A stretch of 64,000 bases of DNA from positions 1 through 64,000 of the IMG/VR virus record IMGVR_UViG_3300044710_000107, one strand, 5' to 3'. Numbering within the stretch: the stretch's first letter is position 1; each line of letters begins with the position of its first letter. The translations under genes were made by a program, and so were the position numbers. The notes under the pieces are model-generated. The model did no database searches, was not told the origin of the DNA, and saw nothing but the letters and a program-made list of their open reading frames with translations. Below are positions 46,401 through 54,228 of the stretch, piece by piece. The stretch comes from a virus.

Positions 46401-49400
46401 GCGGCTATTGGTCCTGCTTCGCCTTCCGGCGCAGGTCCGACGCCGTGTCCATAAGCGCCTGCCGATACGCCTGGACGTGTTCCGCCTCGCTCAAGTTCAC
46501 GGGCTGCTGCGAGGAACGAGTGGGCGATCTTGCCGACATCGCCTTGTTTCCCGGCGGCGAGTTGCCGGGCGGCGACGTTGAGGGCGTCGGAGTAGGGACC
46601 AACCGTGGTCGCGTTCCGCCCGATGGTGTCGAGGAGCCGCTCACTCGCCGTTTTCCCTTCAACGTTGGCTTTGCCGGCCAGGATATTCCCGGCCGCCGTC
46701 AAAGTCTCTTCGCCCTTCACTGTAGCACGAAATGCCGCCGCCGCGCTGCGGAGAATCTTCATCGCGGCGTCCAGCACCTTGGCGCGCTCCGGGACCAGCG
46801 ACCGGGCGAAGGCTTCCTCGCCGAACAGCGTCGTCTGCGCGCCTTGCAGGAACCCGCCGTTGCGGATGTCCGCGATCATGATCCGGGCCTGATTCGCGTT
46901 CGCCGGTTGGCCGCGGGCGAGCGCATCGAGCGCCGCCATCTGCTCGGCAGGCTCGGCGATCACCGCGCCTACCATGCCGGCATACTCCGGCGGCACGATC
47001 CCATTCTCGACGGCGCCAAACGCCTCGGGCGAAAGCTGCGCCAGACCGCGTGCCTGCTGCACGATCATCTGGTGCGGCGGCAGTTCCGGCAGCCGCATGC
47101 TGTCAGGGAAGGCATTCTTAGTCCGCAGCACCCGGGCGGCATCGAGCGGCGTTCCGCTGCCCTCGGCGATATTCTGGTAGGCGCCTAGCGCCCGCATGTA
47201 CTCCGGCGTGTAGCCATCGGCCTCGCGGTAGACCCGCGCCGGCAGTTGCACGCCCTGCTGGCCGGCCGCCTCCGCGCGCTGTGCGAGATCGAGCCGCTGA
47301 TGGCCGTTCACCACCACGTTGCGGCCATCGTTGGTCTGCCAGACCGTGATCGGGTTGGCGAGCGCCGGTTCCCAAGTCGAGTGCCCGGACAGCGCTCCGG
47401 TGACGCCGCGCTCGTCACTGGCCTTGAACTGCATCACCGCCGGGTCGATCGTCAGCTCAGCCGGCGTGAACATCGGATAGCCCTGGTCGCGCGGCTCTGA
47501 CGGTTGAAGCGGCGGAACGCCAGGAACCGACGATGGTAGCGCAGCGACGCCAGCCCGGCGCGCGGCCATCTCGTCCATCGTGATCGGCCGGCCGATGGCG
47601 GCGATTTCCTCGGTCTGTTTCGCTGCAGCGGCCTTCGCGCCGATGCCGTCCTCCCGCATGATCTGCTCGACCGTGCGGATACGGGTCGGCGGGGCCGGTG
47701 CTGGCGGCTGCGCACCCTCTGCCGCTGTTTCCTCGGTCCGCTCGCCAGCCACGGCTTCGGGCGGCCGCACCGCCACAGCGCCACCAGGCGGCGTCTCGGC
47801 CTTCACCGTCGCCTCGGCGGCCGGGACGGCCTGCGGCGATGCCAGCGTCTCGGCCACCACGGCGCCGGCGGCATCGGTACCCTGGACCACCACCGGATTG
47901 CCGGACGCGACCGCCTCGCCCTTCGTCTCGGGGTAGCCGAGCAGCCGCGCCATCAGCGGGTCGGTCACCGTGGGGGCGGAACGGAACTGATCGGCCTTGG
48001 CGGCATCAGTAGCGAGGAAAATGCCCTCGGGGCGAGAGGCGATATGTAAACCGTCGATCACCGGCAGCCTCGGCAGCGGCGTGCCGGCAGCGAGGAACAC
48101 CGCGTCCTTCGGGTTCTTCGGGTCCGCCAGCGCGGCGATCTGCGCGTGGATATCGGCCGCCGGCTCGGGAACTGTAGGGGGCACCGGCGTCTCGGCCGGC
48201 GCCGCTGCGGTCGGCGCCGGTGCACCAGCCGCCACGGCTGCGGCGAGATCTTCGGCCGACCCTGGTGTCGGAGGCGCGGCAGCGGGGCGCTGGCGCCGTT
48301 GCGGCCGCGGTGGAGGAGCCGCGCTTGGCGCGGCACCTCCAGCGGCAGGTGCCCCAGGCCCCGGCAAGCCAGGGGGAGCGCCTGGTTGCGGTTCCTCGGC
48401 CGGCGCTGCGCCAGGCGGCGAGCGCGGCGTTCGCGGCGGTATCGTCGGCATCGGCTGAAATGCCGTCCTGAGCGTGCGGGCGAATGCCGCGCCGACTGGG
48501 ATCGCCATGCCGGCGACGAAGCCCTCGGCGCCAGCCTCGCCAATACCCTGCGTGAGCGGCCGCTCAGGCTCGTAGGTGTTTTTCGCCACGTAGTTGTCGA
48601 GGAACGTGCCGAGGCTGTTGAAGCCGGCGAACTCGACGCCGTGGCGACCCATGTTCACGAGGGTGCGCAGCGCACCATCCCGCAGCGGCGCAGGCAGCGC
48701 ATCGAGCGCACGGAAGACGGGCGTCACCATCAGCGTGCCCTGCATCGCCGCATTTTCAAGCGCCGCGCGGTCGGCTTGCTCGGGCGTGGCGCCATGCGCC
48801 TGCGCGTCGCGGAACGTGCTGTCGTAGCTCTGGGCGAAGATCGTCGATGCGACGATTCCAGCACCGACTTCAGGCTGACCCGCTGCCGTCGCAAGTCCGG
48901 CACCGAGGACGATCGGGGCCATGCCGGTGACCATCTGGGTCGCCCGCGTGCCGAAGCTCTCTCTCTCGGGGGCGATCGGGAAGGTGCGCTCGCCATATTC
49001 GGTCAGCGCGGCACCAGCGCGCGTGAGCGCGGTTTCAGGGAGCGGAAGCGGGGGTGCCGGCAACCCGCGCTGCATGTCGCCCAGCCCGATCGGCCGCACT
49101 GCGGATGCGCCTGCGACATTCGCCTGGTGCTCGCCGGTCAGAACGGGTGCCGGCTCGCCGCCAGCTTCGCTCGGGGGCGCCATATTGAAGCCGGGCAGCC
49201 GCACCGCTGGCGCGCCACGGGGGCCGTAGGGGACTTCGGCGATTGGCTGCCCGGGTGGGGATGGCTTCGCTTCTTCTCCCGGCCCCGCCCACACAGGCTG
49301 CGGCGGAGATAGCGGCACATTCACATCAACTCGCGGCGGCACGGCGGTGTTGAGGAATTCCTGAAGCTGCGCTCGCGCGTCTGCTCGCTGACTCGCGTCC

Positions 49401-49795
49401 ATCGAGGCGTAACCGATCGGGTCGTCCATCATCGACACGCGCTCGCCGTGGTCGATACGGTCCATGACGGCAAGCTGATCGCGCGTATCGGCGATACCCC
49501 TCATCAGCATCGCACGGCCAGCGCCAGAAAGCATTAGTCCGGTCGTGAGGATCGGCCCCTTCGCCGCAGCGGCCGTGTACGCTTCAGCGCGCGTCTGCGG
49601 TTTCGTCGCCGCTCCGAACGGGTCCTCGTCCTCGATTGTCTGGCCTGGCGCGACCGGCGCGGGAGCGGCTGGTGGCGCTGGCGGTGCTGCGGCCTGTGGT
49701 GCTGGCGCCGAGCCGAACGGATCGGGGTCATCGATGGTATCGAGGTCGTAGGTTTGCGCCGGTGCCAGCCCGAGCGATGCCGGGACGCGGGCCAT
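40466..49795 (-). CDS. Giant polyvalent internal virion (ejected) protein: ParB-like, JAB/RadC-like, ADP-ribosyltransferase-like and zincin domains
   Basis: 3109 aa from MARVPAS; 'VVNGHQR' (ParB-like), 'E...HNHPNNSSLSSND' (JAB), 'FKSWF...VVYHGT...FFTDD..IASSYA...GYDGI...QVKSATGNVGTFD' (ART-PolyVal), 'HEVLH...EEAIAD' (metallopeptidase). Confidence 0.88.
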   Translation of the reverse strand: MARVPASLGLAPAQTYDLDTIDDPDPFGSAPAPQAAAPPAPPAAPAPVAPGQTIEDEDPFGAATKPQTRAEAYTAAAAKGPILTTGLMLSGAGRAMLMRGIADTRDQLAVMDRIDHGERVSMMDDPIGYASMDASQRADARAQLQEFLNTAVPPRVDVNVPLSPPQPVWAGPGEEAKPSPPGQPIAEVPYGPRGAPAVRLPGFNMAPPSEAGGEPAPVLTGEHQANVAGASAVRPIGLGDMQRGLPAPPLPLPETALTRAGAALTEYGERTFPIAPERESFGTRATQMVTGMAPIVLGAGLATAAGQPEVGAGIVASTIFAQSYDSTFRDAQAHGATPEQADRAALENAAMQGTLMVTPVFRALDALPAPLRDGALRTLVNMGRHGVEFAGFNSLGTFLDNYVAKNTYEPERPLTQGIGEAGAEGFVAGMAIPVGAAFARTLRTAFQPMPTIPPRTPRSPPGAAPAEEPQPGAPPGLPGPGAPAAGGAAPSAAPPPRPQRRQRPAAAPPTPGSAEDLAAAVAAGAPAPTAAAPAETPVPPTVPEPAADIHAQIAALADPKNPKDAVFLAAGTPLPRLPVIDGLHIASRPEGIFLATDAAKADQFRSAPTVTDPLMARLLGYPETKGEAVASGNPVVVQGTDAAGAVVAETLASPQAVPAAEATVKAETPPGGAVAVRPPEAVAGERTEETAAEGAQPPAPAPPTRIRTVEQIMREDGIGAKAAAAKQTEEIAAIGRPITMDEMAARRAGVAALPSSVPGVPPLQPSEPRDQGYPMFTPAELTIDPAVMQFKASDERGVTGALSGHSTWEPALANPITVWQTNDGRNVVVNGHQRLDLAQRAEAAGQQGVQLPARVYREADGYTPEYMRALGAYQNIAEGSGTPLDAARVLRTKNAFPDSMRLPELPPHQMIVQQARGLAQLSPEAFGAVENGIVPPEYAGMVGAVIAEPAEQMAALDALARGQPANANQARIMIADIRNGGFLQGAQTTLFGEEAFARSLVPERAKVLDAAMKILRSAAAAFRATVKGEETLTAAGNILAGKANVEGKTASERLLDTIGRNATTVGPYSDALNVAARQLAAGKQGDVGKIAHSFLAAARELERGGTRPGVSAGAYGHGVGPAPEGEAGPIAAAVQGGMLEAVGRLAQPPIKDERQGRLFLETPATMPKATGRLAEQGVVIGSEAEDFARFAEQNPGVSPAVLAGRYVLERGRETGHEYLTAYDPHLDAVVMAHTTGSARSVDFPPGFGDIATDPSRALVFQHNHPNNSSLSSNDVYQLSLSGVSGIVAQGHDGSLYAASLGPAVDRRAHTQSTIANAIMLGGIRAKGTVSDGLLLAIRRGEATNKELEPVLWDTINRALHGAGFIDYVAVASRPPHVAAIADRVAQAAVRGGYNVGDHRHPDAASADEGIARILARSADDSRTRRSAGQERGGGGPGLSEGAPPHAPGGTQEVGVRGLAERKPPLPPASGAPLFGEAPRAPAQRPAPEPALRTDERQAVMPGMEPSAVQAQAARDQVGRGALLPTGEQKPANEGLFAPKPPEQKPLFGRRGVAPAAQVETPEFKSWFRNSAVVDETGRPLVVYHGTQRPDRVGGRFRSARATSGPMAFFTDDPAIASSYAASKSDTSLTNEDASYETWFRIKPKGARAAVPLDRAWWSMSPEQKAKISSLAPRVTYDDDRNIVMAPEGRLTGIGNYDYELKRAHGNAFKALIEGWLNGGVLYNDEEKFHDVLRAAGVDVPVEMHDPHATMPAVFPTFLSIQRPLDTSAIPQPLVAALDKASRRQRFDPRNGGGDIWDKNRRDPREWVRELLDDIETGKSSHAWTSIPDWVTKTLRAHGYDGIKDTGGKLGGQTHTVWIPFDDVQVKSATGNVGTFDPNNPRIAFQRGQMPGHPDYPHPHAIQAVIDAARAMTGGHIQIEAYDAAHHAFTVKFPDGHTEQVFGYAIGRLIRAAIEPGRFAQNMSHEVLHALKRLGVFTGKEWSTLEAAAERGNWIEKHGVRARYPELGHVGQLEEAIADETGVHLTGPAPPKGSLMARVIAKLRAFLARLRNMLARRGFQTAEDVFGRVQSGEVGAREPGSGMEPVGPQTVGESLEAARAWGLRDPTEIAAGRRPLSDRELAARVGRMREFAKTHPLAWVEQHGPEFHVVTPDFSQRSRAQQIAGRAIVRTFPVRDIAATDATKDAAATFARDYAAGLQRQITGEISEGLAFGRRPTDVPGPDDRPEAQPPIRTAEDMTTRLARIPHVGAALSTAAEKFGDLNDTVTMMITPMAARGASDEARAIAKQYANLTRWIAWDYNRIIDWGRNTFKPDRLKAMWDAADADSVAIQETGKPLEEGGVASLRPDEQAAVKAWQADAENALAQARKVGMTEAEGLPSYAPRMVVDMVEGVMHPFGQGGEGARAAVVRNMLTLPLATMRLRQAIAGRALIGQIKAAGARTGQATVREGGMPQDFRTFGTNLRTTTPQLIHRKHLTTEETEQAANRKRAMMDGQEFNWFTIKGNPAFWTVRPRFGTDAEGHFGPVKDADGNMIFERVPIYVRSDFEGPLKAILHESAAGVVGRAGEALYQGMMSLKGRMMTSIMYGVAHLGVIAGRAFPAAPNLVRVMRLGNAMKQDPATMRRLILGGMAPIGRTMGFRDLPGIIEDPQMAPGRSWTSKILAAVPGLFDPRAGAAVLRAVDRLGDFTHGTLLWDQVQNIQVGLALDFEQYLTDAGMPQTAATRIAANFANIYAGALPREAMSQAARAWANILLFSRSYRLGNLAAVKSAFLGLPRDVRSQLLREHGEAVAKLANSLARRKGISVLLMDMALYYIGNSLIQSGLNAMLGLGQEQEQLPAGASVWQRLGAEGQGYARRLVEEAQRLIEHPQQALNPFGVVESLSALYDHEPQKRNRILIGFDKDGTGIYMRNPTGKTAEDISDYFVRPLDTAKRMMSPFARPMWELATNDQGFGHKLYDPMADAPTEVAQAVGGLARSVTSSTFPWAARLAGAYEGREGLGRALGETAAAGLGTSVSKGYPGGPALGEMAAARESHEFSVQRAMPGIRDMIRRGDNEAAAAKMTELGIEPGMQRYIFGQTVQPTVSKRQLRDLMLYGTPEQQRRVFGPAAP
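45421..45615 (-). CDS. Nested alternative-frame ORF (64 aa) inside the polyvalent gene
   Basis: GGAGG-TTACA-ATG; 53/64 codons end in G/C versus 27/65 in the host frame; MWGIIDTPTPLAQTKELRESLRDLL... Confidence 0.7.
   Translation of the reverse strand: MWGIIDTPTPLAQTKELRESLRDLLTIPEQDDPQVKNAVAEVRGYLRARHRMPLAERRKLGFED
46405..46539 (-). CDS. Second nested alternative-frame ORF (44 aa; start uncertain)
   Basis: MSARSPTRSSQQPVNLSEAEHVQAYRQALMDTASDLRRKAKQDQ; G/C-ending codons while the host frame is A/T-ending. Confidence 0.5.
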   Translation of the reverse strand: MSARSPTRSSQQPVNLSEAEHVQAYRQALMDTASDLRRKAKQDQ

Positions 49796-51186
49796 TATTG
49801 TGATGCCTGACCGCCGCCGACGACCTTCCACTTGCCGGGACCGTCACCGGGAATGAGGTAGGCCCCGTACTTGTCGGACCATTGCGCGTTCGGGAACGCG
49901 GGCGGCGGCGGCGGCCGCTGCGGTTTCGGCACCGCTGGCGTGGTTGGCGTTGCCACTGCCGGCGCTCCAGGCCGTGCCGGCGCTGGCGCGGGCGCTGCGG
50001 CACCGGTCGGCCGTCCAGCGGCACTTGGCAATCCCTCGCTGGCCTGCGCCATCGCCTGATCCCATGTCGTCCCGGGCTTCGCAGCCATGATCTGCGCCGC
50101 GAGCTTGCCGACCGCCAAGGCCTGGGCGAACGGAACGCCGGCCTGCTTCATCTGCTGCACGCTCTCGTGGAACTGCTGCGTCTCTTGCAATGCGTTGACT
50201 TTGGCATCGACCAGCGGCTGGTTCTGAACCATGTGGGCCGCGGCGACACCACCGCGCTCCGCAACGCCCTGGCCGGCAGCGGTGGCGGCCTGCGTCGCCT
50301 GGAACGCTTCGATCTTCTGCCACGGCTTGCCGGTATCTGGGTTGATCGGCAGCGTGCCGTCCGACGCTGGCGTCAACAGGCTGTTCATCGCCGTGGCCTG
50401 AAGATCACCGGGCGTCACGTGGGCGGCGGCGCCGGCGGCCGCACGCGCGGTGAGGTAAGCAGCCCTGGCCATGTCCATGCCGGATTGCGCCTGCATGAGC
50501 GGTATCCGCGCCTGCCCAACGTCCTGGTATGTCGCCGCGCGCGACGTGGCCGCCGCCGCCATCTGCTGCCGGTAATCATTCTGCCACTGCGCCTGCAACA
50601 GCCGCTCAGCCATCTGTTCGTCGGTTGCACGCTCCTGCGCGCCGGTCTTTGCATAGGCCGTGAAGGCGTTGCCGAGCGATTCCGAAAACCCGCCGGTGCG
50701 CGTCGGCGACAGCATCGCGCCGGCGGCTGCCATCATCGGCATCGTGCCCGACGAGGACCGCAGGATCATCATCGCGCGGTTCATGTCGAACATCTTGCGC
50801 TGCGCATCCGGATCCTGCTGGTCGGGTGAGCCGCCGCCTCCGGATGGTGGAGCGTTGCGACCGAGCGCGCCTTCTGGCGGCGGCGCCTCGGTGTCGGGTG
50901 GGTTCGCGCGGGCCAACGCTCCCTGTGGCGCTGGTGGCCGCGCGCGTCCAACTGCGGCGGCGCCGGCCGGTGGCAGCGCCGGCGGCGGCATGCTGCGGTA
51001 ATTGTCCTGCGGAGGCGCTCCGCCCTGGTCGGCATCGGGCAATGGCGCCGGCGCTCGCAGCAGCGCGGCCGCAGGATAGAGGATGTCCATGTCGGGATCG
51101 TCGACACCACCGCCGCCGGCGTAGCGCCGCGCACGTCCGCCGCCAGCCCATCCGCGCGCCAGTGACCGATGCAGCGCGCCGCTCAT
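49795..51186 (-). CDS. Internal virion protein (Ala/Pro/Gln-rich)
   Basis: 'GAMLSPTRTGGFSESLGNA'; position before the giant gene. Confidence 0.75.
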   Translation of the reverse strand: MSGALHRSLARGWAGGGRARRYAGGGGVDDPDMDILYPAAALLRAPAPLPDADQGGAPPQDNYRSMPPPALPPAGAAAVGRARPPAPQGALARANPPDTEAPPPEGALGRNAPPSGGGGSPDQQDPDAQRKMFDMNRAMMILRSSSGTMPMMAAAGAMLSPTRTGGFSESLGNAFTAYAKTGAQERATDEQMAERLLQAQWQNDYRQQMAAAATSRAATYQDVGQARIPLMQAQSGMDMARAAYLTARAAAGAAAHVTPGDLQATAMNSLLTPASDGTLPINPDTGKPWQKIEAFQATQAATAAGQGVAERGGVAAAHMVQNQPLVDAKVNALQETQQFHESVQQMKQAGVPFAQALAVGKLAAQIMAAKPGTTWDQAMAQASEGLPSAAGRPTGAAAPAPAPARPGAPAVATPTTPAVPKPQRPPPPPAFPNAQWSDKYGAYLIPGDGPGKWKVVGGGQASQ

Positions 51187-52197
51187 CTACGCTGCCATCG
51201 CAAGCCGCGTGCCGAGCGCACCGCCGGTCGCGCGCCGCCGCGCGCGGATGCGACCGCCCTTGGCGTGCAGCCCAAGCGTCTGATTGTACAGGTTGCTCGT
51301 GTTGTAGGCGTTCGACGCCGCCGTGGCGCCCAGCGTGGTGCCGACGAACGACGACAGCGGTGACGCCGTGTAGGACTGGCCCGGATTGTAGTTCATCCCG
51401 ACCTGCATCGTGTTCGACGGTACGTTCTGGCCGCGAATGATGTTCGATGCGTACGACAGGTTCTGGTAAGGCCACTGCTGTTGTGCATAAAAATTATTCA
51501 TCGCCGCATTGATGTTCGACTGCGACAGCGTGTCCTGAGCCTGGCCGGCGGCGGCAAGCTGACCGACATCGGCGGCACCGAGTTGCTGCGTCAGCGCACC
51601 CAACTGGCCGAACTGGGCTCCGGCGGTCTGCTTCGCGGTCTGTTCCTGCAACGCCGCACCGAGCGCTCCCTGGTAGCCCTGCCCGAGCGCGCCGGCCTGC
51701 GCCTGGTAGAGCGCCGTATCATTGGCCTGGATCGCGTTGTTGGTCGCCTGCATCTCCTGCGGCGACCGCGACTGCCCGGCGCTGACGAACCGGTCCTGCA
51801 CCTGCGGCAGGATGTTCTGGGTGAGCTGCGTGTTCGCCGCGCTCTGTAACCCGCCGAGCACCGTGCTCTCGAACGGGTTCATGTAACTGTTGATCTGGCC
51901 GGCGGTCACCGGAGTTCCGGCCTGCCCCGTCAGATTCATCGCTTGGCCGAGCGCGCCCTGGTAGTTGCCCTGGTTCGCGACGACATCCTGCCAGCTCTGC
52001 GTGGTCGCGGCAGAAGGCGCGGCGACCTGCGGGCCGGGGAACGGCGTGTAGGGAGTGCCGGCAAGATTTGTTGCGGCGTTGGCGAGGTTCGCCTGATATT
52101 GTTGCAACCATAGCGGGAAACTGGTGCTTGTGTCAGCACCAGTTGGTTGTGGCGGGACCGGCTGTCCGGAAAATAAAAAAGACGATGTGCCTGACAT
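51187..52197 (-). CDS. Internal virion/DNA pilot-like protein
   Basis: Gln/Asn/Ala-rich; 'YTPFPGPQVA', 'YMNPF', 'QQQWPYQNL'. Confidence 0.8.
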   Translation of the reverse strand: MSGTSSFLFSGQPVPPQPTGADTSTSFPLWLQQYQANLANAATNLAGTPYTPFPGPQVAAPSAATTQSWQDVVANQGNYQGALGQAMNLTGQAGTPVTAGQINSYMNPFESTVLGGLQSAANTQLTQNILPQVQDRFVSAGQSRSPQEMQATNNAIQANDTALYQAQAGALGQGYQGALGAALQEQTAKQTAGAQFGQLGALTQQLGAADVGQLAAAGQAQDTLSQSNINAAMNNFYAQQQWPYQNLSYASNIIRGQNVPSNTMQVGMNYNPGQSYTASPLSSFVGTTLGATAASNAYNTSNLYNQTLGLHAKGGRIRARRRATGGALGTRLAMAA

Positions 52198-52228
52198 TTC
52201 TACAACGTCTCTTGGATTGGGTCAAGCG

Positions 52229-53164
52229 TCATTTGATGCACCTATCCGACTTGGGGCTTCTCGGCTTGTACGGACCGCGTTTTTTGCCTTCGTGACTCCG
52301 TTCTGCGCGCCATACCGGGTCGGCCCAGAGAGCTTTTCGTGCGTCAGACGTCTTCGCCGCGACGCCTTCGTACGCCCCTTCAGCGTGTCGCTGTCTGATG
52401 ATCTCTGCGCGCGCTGCGCGCCGCTCGGGAGTCCACCAAGCCGCCTTTGTCCCTCGTCCGGCCGCGCTTATCTTCGCTCGCGTCTCGGCAGAAACCTGGT
52501 GCCCAATCTGGCTGGCGCGGCCCTTTTCGACTGCTTCGCGCGGTCGCGGCTTACCTTTCTGTTCCGCCGCCAGCCGCCGCAGATGCTCGATGTGGAATTC
52601 CGGGATCACGCGATTCTGGAATGAGGCGATTGTTCGGGCGCGCCACTCGGAGTCGGCCCAAAGGGCCTTCGCCCCCTCCCGAACGTGCGCCCGTCCCTCC
52701 TCGGTCACACGCCGGCCGACCGAGCCTTCGCCGCCGGTCGAAAGATTGTAGCCGCGCGGGTGCAGGCAATCGAACTCGACGATGAATGCCCGTTCTAGAG
52801 TGTTCGCGGCATCGCGTCCGAAAGCGACCGCGATCTCCTCTACGATGAAGTTTTCCGGGCCGTGCTTCCTGATCGCCTTGATGATCGCCCGCTTCGACTT
52901 GGGCCGGCTGGCCTCATCGATGGCTTCTTTCCACCGCTCTGCGGCTGTCCGCGCGGTGATCCCGACGTACTCTTTCCCGTTCACCAGACAGGTGATCTTG
53001 TAAACGGTGACGCGCTCGGTTATTTCGGTGGCAGCCCTCATCGAATTCACCCTTCGATCTGCGGTCAGAAGCGCCGTCTCGTTCGCAGCGAGCGGCGTTT
53101 CGTCTTTGTGCCACAGGATTGAAGGTGGCAACAGCGAAATTTGCTGGTGGAGGGCGAGGTTCAT
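52229..53164 (-). CDS. GIY-YIG homing endonuclease with NUMOD3-like repeats
   Basis: 'VYKITCLVNGKEYVGIT...RW...LE..FI...GYNL'; 'SAETRAKISAA'. Confidence 0.9.
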   Translation of the reverse strand: MNLALHQQISLLPPSILWHKDETPLAANETALLTADRRVNSMRAATEITERVTVYKITCLVNGKEYVGITARTAAERWKEAIDEASRPKSKRAIIKAIRKHGPENFIVEEIAVAFGRDAANTLERAFIVEFDCLHPRGYNLSTGGEGSVGRRVTEEGRAHVREGAKALWADSEWRARTIASFQNRVIPEFHIEHLRRLAAEQKGKPRPREAVEKGRASQIGHQVSAETRAKISAAGRGTKAAWWTPERRAARAEIIRQRHAEGAYEGVAAKTSDARKALWADPVWRAERSHEGKKRGPYKPRSPKSDRCIK

Positions 53165-54228
53165 GCGGCCCTCTTCAATTTCTGCCGCACGAATTTCTTC
53201 TCGCCGAGGGCGTGCGCCAGGGCGCTTCGGTCATGGTCGAGGATCGCGGCGCCGCGTTCGTTCGATCCGCCCCCCAAACGAGAAACGTCAGCGTGAGTCA
53301 AGACGTACTCGCCCGAGCTCAATTTTGCGGGCACCGAATCGCTGGTCCCGGTCCCTGGTCCGCGCACGAAGCGCTGACCGCCCTCGGTGCTGAACACATG
53401 CCCCAGCGCCCCGCCGTGCTTCCACCCGTAATTTTGCAGCGTATTGCCCTGGAAGAAAGTCTGCTCCGGCCGCTGCCCGTAGGTGTACCAATCTGTTCCG
53501 GAGGCCGGCGTGACTGGCGTGCGGCCTGGCACGTTCGTGTTGAGCGGCATGTTGTAGTAAGGCCCCTGATTCGCCGCGGTGCTGCTCGGTCCTGGCGTCT
53601 GCCACGTCCCGATCGTGGGCTTGTTGAAAAGGCTGCCAGCCGCCGATAGCGCTCCAAGGGCGAGCGCAGTGTTGCTGATGCCGCCGGGTGCGCCGCCGAA
53701 CAGGCCGCCACCACCGCCCGCGATCCTCGCAGCCTGCCCGGTCGTGCTCGTCGGGAGCGCGCCGCCGCTGGTTCCTGCCGCATTGAGCGCCGTCCCGCTC
53801 GGCGTCGGGCCTTGGTAGAGCGGATTGCCCGAGGCGTCCGTGGTGATGACGTTGCCGTTGGCGTCTAGCATCGTCTGCGTGGCGCCAGTGCCGCCGCCGC
53901 CAAACAAGCTCCCGAGCGCCCCCGAGGCATCATTGTAGAGCCCGGTTCCGGTCGGCGTGCCGCTCGCGTCGGTCATGTAGCCGAGCGCACCACCGCCGAT
54001 ACCGCCGATCAGCGCACCTTCGCCGATGTTGCCGTGGGTCAGCGCAGCAGTACCGGCGCCGACAGCCGCGCCGGTGATCGCCGGAGCCGCGATGGACGCG
54101 AGCGTCGAGCCGGCGTCCATGCCGAGCGCGGAGATGATCGGCGAGACGAAATGGCGTCGCGCGCCTGGCTGCAGGCCATTCCCGAAGGCGTCACGCGGCC
54201 GCTGGCGGAAGTGGTCGTAACGCTTCAT
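53161..54228 (-). CDS. Gly-rich internal virion protein
   Basis: C-terminal 'VRGPGTGTSDSVPAKLSSGEYVL...LGGGS'. Confidence 0.8.
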   Translation of the reverse strand: MKRYDHFRQRPRDAFGNGLQPGARRHFVSPIISALGMDAGSTLASIAAPAITGAAVGAGTAALTHGNIGEGALIGGIGGGALGYMTDASGTPTGTGLYNDASGALGSLFGGGGTGATQTMLDANGNVITTDASGNPLYQGPTPSGTALNAAGTSGGALPTSTTGQAARIAGGGGGLFGGAPGGISNTALALGALSAAGSLFNKPTIGTWQTPGPSSTAANQGPYYNMPLNTNVPGRTPVTPASGTDWYTYGQRPEQTFFQGNTLQNYGWKHGGALGHVFSTEGGQRFVRGPGTGTSDSVPAKLSSGEYVLTHADVSRLGGGSNERGAAILDHDRSALAHALGEKKFVRQKLKRAA

